Positions 59,065-64,000 of a stretch of DNA of 64,000 nt are shown piece by piece. Below the pieces are notes generated by a model. It saw only the letters and a program-made list of their open reading frames with translations. It was not told where the DNA came from and ran no database searches. The position numbers were made by a program, and so were the translations under genes. Numbering within the stretch: the stretch's first letter is position 1; every line of letters starts with the position of its first letter. The DNA comes from Candidatus Latescibacterota bacterium (lineage in GTDB: Bacteria; Latescibacterota; UBA2968): NCBI GenBank assembly GCA_965214925.1, contig OZ244028.1, positions 709,121 to 773,120 of the forward strand, given 5' to 3'.

Positions 59065-59649
59065 TTATTCCTCCCCTTGCCATTCGCGATACAGAGGCAT
59101 AAGCAGGTCGCGCAAACGCGCCCGCGCCCGCGAAAGCCTCGATTTAACAGTGCCAATGGATACATCTAAAACATCGGCGATTTCTTCTTGAGAAAGGTCT
59201 TCGATATCTTTGAGCACCACCACCGCGCGATGGTCGGGCGATAGGTGGTTGAGCACGTTTTGGATCTGGTCGCGCAGGCCAATGCGTTCGATGTCATTTT
59301 GCGGTTCATCCGTGCCCCAAAACCGGTCGAGTGCCATGGCGTTTGTCTCTTGCAGGCCTTCGAGAGAGATGCGGTCGGGCCGGCGTTGTTCGCGCTGGGC
59401 AGCCGTGAGGCAAACATTGGTGGCAATGCGATACAGATAGGTGTAAAAACTCGATTTGCCTTCAAATTTCTTCAGTGATCTATAGGCTCTGATAAACGCT
59501 TCTTGCGCCGCGTCCCTTGCAGATTCGCGATCGCCAACAATCGAACAAGCCAAGCCGTAAATTCGATCTTCATAGCGTTCAACCAAGTGGCGGAAAGCCT
59601 TCACATCGCCCTGTTGACATTGGCGGATCAGATCTTGTTCATCGCGCAT
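59065..59649 (-). CDS. ECF (RpoE-like) RNA polymerase sigma-70 family factor
   Basis: Region 2 (DAAQEAFIRAYRSLKKF, YLYRIATN) and region 4 (LSQEEIADVLDVSIGTVKSRLSRAR) are both present. Confidence 0.85.
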   Translation of the reverse strand: MRDEQDLIRQCQQGDVKAFRHLVERYEDRIYGLACSIVGDRESARDAAQEAFIRAYRSLKKFEGKSSFYTYLYRIATNVCLTAAQREQRRPDRISLEGLQETNAMALDRFWGTDEPQNDIERIGLRDQIQNVLNHLSPDHRAVVVLKDIEDLSQEEIADVLDVSIGTVKSRLSRARARLRDLLMPLYREWQGEE

Positions 59650-59717
59650 TCGGAATCTAATTTCTGTTTTGGTCCATCAAGAGGCGCGTCCGAAACGTCA
59701 GGTGGTTGCTCACAGGA

Positions 59718-59746
59718 TTAGACCACAGGATCAACATTGGCGTTCC
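59718..59746 (-). promoter_or_regulatory. ECF-type autoregulatory promoter GGAACGC-N16-GTCTAA about 60 nt upstream of the sigma gene
   Basis: Minus-strand sequence ctcGGAACgccaatgttgatcctgtgGTCTAAtcc, preceded by an A/T tract. Confidence 0.6.
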
Positions 59747-59895
59747 GAGAAAAATGGGCGAATGGATGGAACGGGGACAGGTTGTTTTAGGCAGGCGATA
59801 GGCTGGAGATCATCTGCGAATGGACGCAAACGCGCAGTGCCTGGCCCGAGGAATGAGGGGCGCGAAGAGAGATGAAGCGAAAAGCTGATCGCGCC

Positions 59896-61671
59896 CTATT
59901 CGGTGATAATATCGGCAAAGGTCATACCCGAAGGGATCATGGGCAGCACGTGTTCTTGATACGGCACAATCACATCGAGCAGATAGGGGCCGTTGGACGA
60001 AATCATGCGGTCAATGGCGGGCGCGACTTCTGGTTTGTGCATCACGCGTTCAGCCGGCACGCGAAACCCCTTGGCGATGGTGACGTAATCGGGGAAAATC
60101 GCGTGATCCGGTGGAATGCTCAGGTCTTCGTGTGCCTGCGCCGCTTCCGGGTCGCCGATGAAGGTGTGCCCGCGATTGCTTTTGTAAAACCGGTCTTCCC
60201 ATTGCACCACCATGCCCAGGTGCTGGTTGTTGAGAATCATGGTTTTGACGGGAATTTTTTCCGCGTAGAGCGTCGCCAACTCCTGTACATTCATCGCGAA
60301 ACTGCCATCGCCATCAATGTCAATTACGAGCGCGTCGGGAAAGGCCAATTGCGCCCCTAGCGCGGCGGGCAAACCAAACCCCATGGCACCGAGGCCGCCC
60401 GACGTGAGCCATCGACGCGGTTCGTCAAAGGGATAAAATTGCGCGGCCCACATCTGGTGTTGCCCCACCCCCGTGGAGATAATGGCATTCCCTTCGGTCA
60501 TTTTGTACAGCAGTTCAATCGCGTACTGTGGCAAAATGACATCGTCGACATCTTTGTATTTGAAGGGGTGTTTTGCGCGCCAGGTTTCAATCTCATCACA
60601 CCAGACCTCGTAATTGCCCGGCACGACAATGCGGTTGAGTTCTTGCAGGGCGTATTTGATGTCGCTCACGATGGGCAAATGCGCGACTTTATTTTTGTTG
60701 ATCTCAGATGGGTCAATGTCGATATGCACGATGCGACCGTGTTTGCAAAATTCTTCGAGTTTGCCCGTGACTCGATCGTCAAAACGCACCCCAAATGCCA
60801 GCAGCAAATCCGCGTGGTTGATGGCATAGTTGGCATACACCGACCCGTGCATGCCCAGCATTTGTAAGGACTGAGGATCTGTTTGGGGAAAAACGCCCAG
60901 TCCCATGAGGGTTTGCGCCACGGGGATGCTCGTCTTTTGTGCAAACTCCCGAAGTTCTTTCGACGCTTCGGCTGTCACAATGCCGCCGCCGGCATAAATC
61001 AGCGGACGTTTGGCTTCGGAAATCGCCTGAGCGACCTCTTGAATTTGCGCGCGGTTGGCGTGTAGATGGTGAGGGGTGTAACTGCGAATGGCAACGGTCT
61101 CTGGAAAATCGGGCACGCAAACGCTCTGCTGCACATTTTTGGGAATATCGATCAGCACAGGACCTGGCCGCCCAGACGAAGCAATATAAAATGCCTCTTT
61201 GACCACGCGCGGGATGTCTTCGATGCGGTCCACGAGATAGTTGTGCTTGGTAATTTGTCGCGTGACTTCAATAATGGGGGTTTCTTGAAACGCATCGCGC
61301 CCGATGACCGCGGTGGAGACCTGTCCCGTGATGGCAACGAGCGGGACAGAGTCCATTTTGGCATCGGCCAGTCCAGTGACCAAGTTGGTGGCCCCCGGCC
61401 CAGAGGTTGCCATACACACGCCGACTTTGCCCGAGGCTTTGGCATACCCTTCAGCCGCAAAAATTTCGCCCTGTTCGTGCCGGCACAACACGACTTGGAT
61501 GTTGGAGCGGGTGAGGGACTGGTGCATTTCCATGCTGGCGCCACCGGGATAGCCGAAGAGAACTTCCACGCCCTCGCGCATGAGACTTTCAACGAGAATG
61601 TCGGCACCGCGCATTTCGCGGGCTTTGGGGGTGCCATTGCCATAAGCCTCGGCCTGGGGTTTGGTCGCCAT
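59896..61671 (-). CDS. ilvB: acetolactate synthase large subunit (biosynthetic, ThDP-dependent)
   Basis: 591 aa. ThDP/FAD motifs and a GxGxMG-type segment. AAGGAG SD before the ATG. Confidence 0.9.
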   Translation of the reverse strand: MATKPQAEAYGNGTPKAREMRGADILVESLMREGVEVLFGYPGGASMEMHQSLTRSNIQVVLCRHEQGEIFAAEGYAKASGKVGVCMATSGPGATNLVTGLADAKMDSVPLVAITGQVSTAVIGRDAFQETPIIEVTRQITKHNYLVDRIEDIPRVVKEAFYIASSGRPGPVLIDIPKNVQQSVCVPDFPETVAIRSYTPHHLHANRAQIQEVAQAISEAKRPLIYAGGGIVTAEASKELREFAQKTSIPVAQTLMGLGVFPQTDPQSLQMLGMHGSVYANYAINHADLLLAFGVRFDDRVTGKLEEFCKHGRIVHIDIDPSEINKNKVAHLPIVSDIKYALQELNRIVVPGNYEVWCDEIETWRAKHPFKYKDVDDVILPQYAIELLYKMTEGNAIISTGVGQHQMWAAQFYPFDEPRRWLTSGGLGAMGFGLPAALGAQLAFPDALVIDIDGDGSFAMNVQELATLYAEKIPVKTMILNNQHLGMVVQWEDRFYKSNRGHTFIGDPEAAQAHEDLSIPPDHAIFPDYVTIAKGFRVPAERVMHKPEVAPAIDRMISSNGPYLLDVIVPYQEHVLPMIPSGMTFADIITE

Positions 61672-61706
61672 GGTAAGGCTCTCCTTTTGAGGTTATGTTA
61701 AAAGAC

Positions 61707-61747
61707 AAAACAAAAAAACCGCCATCGCATACGGGATGCAATGACGG
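61707..61747 (-). terminator. ilvB attenuator terminator (12-bp stem, 5-nt loop, U7)
   Basis: Minus strand CCGTCATTGCATCCCGTATGCGATGGCGG TTTTTTT. It lies between the leader peptide and the ilvB SD. Confidence 0.65.
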
Positions 61748-61771
61748 GCAAGATGTTTTTACGGTGCAATC

Positions 61772-61861
61772 ATCAATCCCCCCATTGCATGGGTACAAGT
61801 ACGACAACACGGCCTAAGGCCGTTGTGGTTGCAATAAGGGATGTGGTGATCGAATGTGTCA
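61772..61861 (-). CDS. ilvB leader peptide MTHSITTSLIATTTALGRVVVLVPMQWGD
   Basis: 29 codons rich in Thr, Ile, Val and Leu. Its 3' end (ATGCAATGGGG) can pair with the terminator's left arm (CCGTCATTGCAT) to form an antiterminator. Confidence 0.6.
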
Positions 61862-61884
61862 TGGTCGCGCTCTTTGATGAAGCA

Positions 61885-61913
61885 AAAAAATACAATCTTC
61901 GTCTGGTTCTGTC
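61885..61913 (-). promoter_or_regulatory. sigma-70-type promoter for the ilvB leader (TTGACA-N17-TATTTT)
   Basis: Consensus -35, 17-nt spacer and A/T-rich -10, about 24 nt upstream of the leader ATG. Confidence 0.5.
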
Positions 61914-62027
61914 AAGAAAATTGGGGAATTGATGGGCGAGGTAATGGAGACGGGCGACTGGCGCACCTCTCGCATCTTGCCTGCGCGCGCGACTTGATGT
62001 AGGCCGATTGCCCTGAAGACTGCGACC

Positions 62028-62804
62028 TCACTTCTTTTCTCTCGCTTCATCCAAGCTGTTAATGCGGTCTCGAAGCTCAGCGGCGCGTTCAAATTCTTCG
62101 TTGTCAATTGCTTCGAGCAATTCTTTTTGTAGGCGTTCGGATGCCGTGAGGGGCCGCTTTTGATCGAGTTCTTCGAGCAATTCGTTAAGAGATTCGATTG
62201 AGCGACGTTTTTCGGTGAGAAATTCTTCTGCATCCACGTCTTCCAAGTTTTCAATTTTGTCGAGAACATCCCGGATAATTTGGATGCCCGCCATGAAGTC
62301 GTCATCTTGTGTTGCAATCATCACGCGCGCAATGGCGTGGATACGCAAAACATAGGGCCACCACTTTTCGAGGTTGAGGCGGTCCTTTTCTGTGGCTGCG
62401 TATTGGTTGACAAAACGGAACAGATCCATGTTGCGCTCTGTATCGCGGATGACGCGGTCGTAATCTCGTATTTGAAGCAAAAAAACATATCGCTCATAAA
62501 GCATGCGGCTCTCGTCAAAAAGCTCGCGACAGTGCGCTCTTTTCAGTGAAAAACCATCGGTTGTCCCGTGTTTTTCAACGAAATGATGGAGCCGGTCGTG
62601 AAAATAATCTAGAACAAACGCGCTGTTGTGCGGCTTGCGCCCATCGGGACGCCCGTCGAGTTCCATCTGTAAAATGCCTTGAAATGGCCCCTGATCTATG
62701 CGTACCTGAATTTTTTCAATGCCTTTGGACGAGATAATTTTGCGAATATTGTTTTTTGGATCATAGGGCCAATGGCGCAGCAAAGGGCTAATATCTTCGA
62801 TCAT
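62028..62804 (-). CDS. UVR-domain (UvrB/UvrC motif) containing protein of unknown function
   Basis: C-terminal LQKELLEAIDNEEFERAAELRDRINSL is a UVR motif. The N-terminal 200 aa are unassigned. The ORF extends to 62981. Confidence 0.45.
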   Translation of the reverse strand: MIEDISPLLRHWPYDPKNNIRKIISSKGIEKIQVRIDQGPFQGILQMELDGRPDGRKPHNSAFVLDYFHDRLHHFVEKHGTTDGFSLKRAHCRELFDESRMLYERYVFLLQIRDYDRVIRDTERNMDLFRFVNQYAATEKDRLNLEKWWPYVLRIHAIARVMIATQDDDFMAGIQIIRDVLDKIENLEDVDAEEFLTEKRRSIESLNELLEELDQKRPLTASERLQKELLEAIDNEEFERAAELRDRINSLDEAREKK

Positions 62805-63206
62805 GGCAAACTCCCTCTTGTGTGTGAAAGCATTATCCTTTGAACTATCGACTGCAGCGCGATTTCCTTCGAATCGCTCAGTACCCCCGAGCCCGGTTAC
62901 TCGCCTCGCTTTTTCGTTCCAACGGCTTCTCAGACTTTGGCGAGCGGCTACTGAGCTTGTCGAAGTGCGCGGTTGAGCCATCGCAGTTATACGCCGCTTC
63001 CGGATTATAGAAACAAAACACCCTTTTGGACCTATTGTGCAACAGGCTTCAATCTAATTGCATTTGGATGCGGACGCAAGTATCATAATGATTGATCAAT
63101 TGGGAATTAAGCGCGGGTAGGCCGTGCCCGTCTGGGGCGAGAGGTCTCACATCACAGGCGCGGCCTACACTGGACGAGGCGAATGAGAAAAGGCAAGGGG
63201 TGAGTG

Positions 63207-64000
63207 ATGCAGGAAAAAGGAAAAATGGGATCAATTCATGCGGCGATTGCGGGATTTTTTGGGTTTGATGCACAAAACACAAATTGGCGCGCCGAAGTGA
63301 CAGGTGGCGCGACGACATTTGTGGCCATGGCTTATATCGCGGCGGTGAACCCAGGGATTTTGTCCGATGCGGTGGGCGAGGATTTATTGGGGGAGTTGGT
63401 CTTTGCGACGTGTGCTTCCGCGGCCCTTGCAACATTTCTGATGGGGCTTTTGGCAAATTATCCGTTTGCCCTTGCGCCGGGCATGGGCCTCAATGCGTTT
63501 TTTACCTATACCATTGTGTTGGGCATGGGCGTACACTGGAAGTTGGCTCTCGGCGTGGTACTGGCGTCGGGGCTTTTGTTTTTTTTCTTGACTGTGTTGC
63601 GCGTGCGCGAGGCGATTATCACAGCCGTGCCCGAACCCCTGAAACGAGCTACCGCCGCGGGGATTGGACTGTTTATTGCGTTTATCGGGCTGAAGAACGC
63701 GGGTTTTATCGTGGATGATCCGGTCACTTTGGTCAATCTAGGCGATGTTCGCACCGGGCCGGTTGGGTTGGCACTGGTAGGGCTTTTGGGCACGGGCGTG
63801 ATGCTCGCGCGCGGCATTCGCGGCGCGATTTTGTTGGGCGTGATGGGCGTGACCGCGTTGTCTATGGTTCTGAACATGACGCCGTGGCCCACGGGCGTAA
63901 TCAGCCCGCCTGTTTGGCCGACGCATCTTTTTGGCGTAGCCATCTCTTATTTGCCGCTGGCATTTCACACGGCATTGATTGAACTCGTCTTTGCGTTTCT
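63207..64000 (+). CDS. NCS2-family nucleobase permease (AzgA/PbuG-like), 3'-partial at the window end
   Basis: TTFVAMAYIAAVNPGIL and hydrophobic helices. The open frame continues to the window edge. Alternative start at 63225. Confidence 0.7.
   Translation, partial: MQEKGKMGSIHAAIAGFFGFDAQNTNWRAEVTGGATTFVAMAYIAAVNPGILSDAVGEDLLGELVFATCASAALATFLMGLLANYPFALAPGMGLNAFFTYTIVLGMGVHWKLALGVVLASGLLFFFLTVLRVREAIITAVPEPLKRATAAGIGLFIAFIGLKNAGFIVDDPVTLVNLGDVRTGPVGLALVGLLGTGVMLARGIRGAILLGVMGVTALSMVLNMTPWPTGVISPPVWPTHLFGVAISYLPLAFHTALIELVFAF

Noticed and set aside
63040-63206. purine riboswitch upstream of the NCS2 permease
   Set aside because: The conserved purine-riboswitch elements (UAUA..GGGAUAUGGCCC..CCGUAAAU) are not present. 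It is kept only as a generic structured-leader observation.

Overview
This 64-kb window is a high-GC (about 58-60%) bacterial chromosomal segment with roughly 50 protein-coding genes. I recognised no rRNA, tRNA or CRISPR array. Gene content is a mix of housekeeping genes (ilvB, thrB, hemW, lepB, tsaC, recD2, metE-like) and a large envelope/secretion component. The envelope genes include two cytoplasmic sulfatases, a DUF1501/DUF1800 pair and a SusC-like TonB-dependent receptor followed by a 914-aa protein with a type-IX-secretion-style C-terminal sorting domain and a PorV-like outer-membrane protein. They also include a 1558-aa secreted NHL/FG-GAP/dockerin-like giant protein, Wzz/Wza polysaccharide-export genes, an array of PhyH-family dioxygenases, and an RpoE-type ECF sigma/anti-sigma operon with two LTXXQ (Spy/CpxP-like) proteins. 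Almost every gene from about 17.2 kb to 63 kb is on the minus strand. The most interesting features are regulatory or repeat-based, and none is a clear novel gene system. (1) A leader-peptide attenuator upstream of ilvB, with a Thr/Ile/Val/Leu-rich 29-aa leader, an intrinsic terminator and a sigma-70 promoter. (2) The ECF sigma gene's own GGAAC-N16-GTCTAA promoter, its 5' UTR and its first codons are duplicated 12 kb away, directly upstream of the OMP / TonB-receptor / T9SS-cargo / PorV gene string. This suggests those genes belong to the sigma factor's regulon. (3) A family of MITE-like repeats with terminal inverted repeats occurs in at least four or five copies. Two copies supply gene stop codons and one abuts a 5'-truncated alanine:sodium symporter remnant. 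(4) Several families of short palindromic, REP-like repeats sit in intergenic regions. (5) There are several decayed genes: a vapC fragment, a PhyH fragment, a frameshifted nucleotidyltransferase and a frameshifted small antitoxin-like gene. The CTD/PorV/SusC-like features suggest an FCB-superphylum-like or candidate-phylum organism, but this is inference only.
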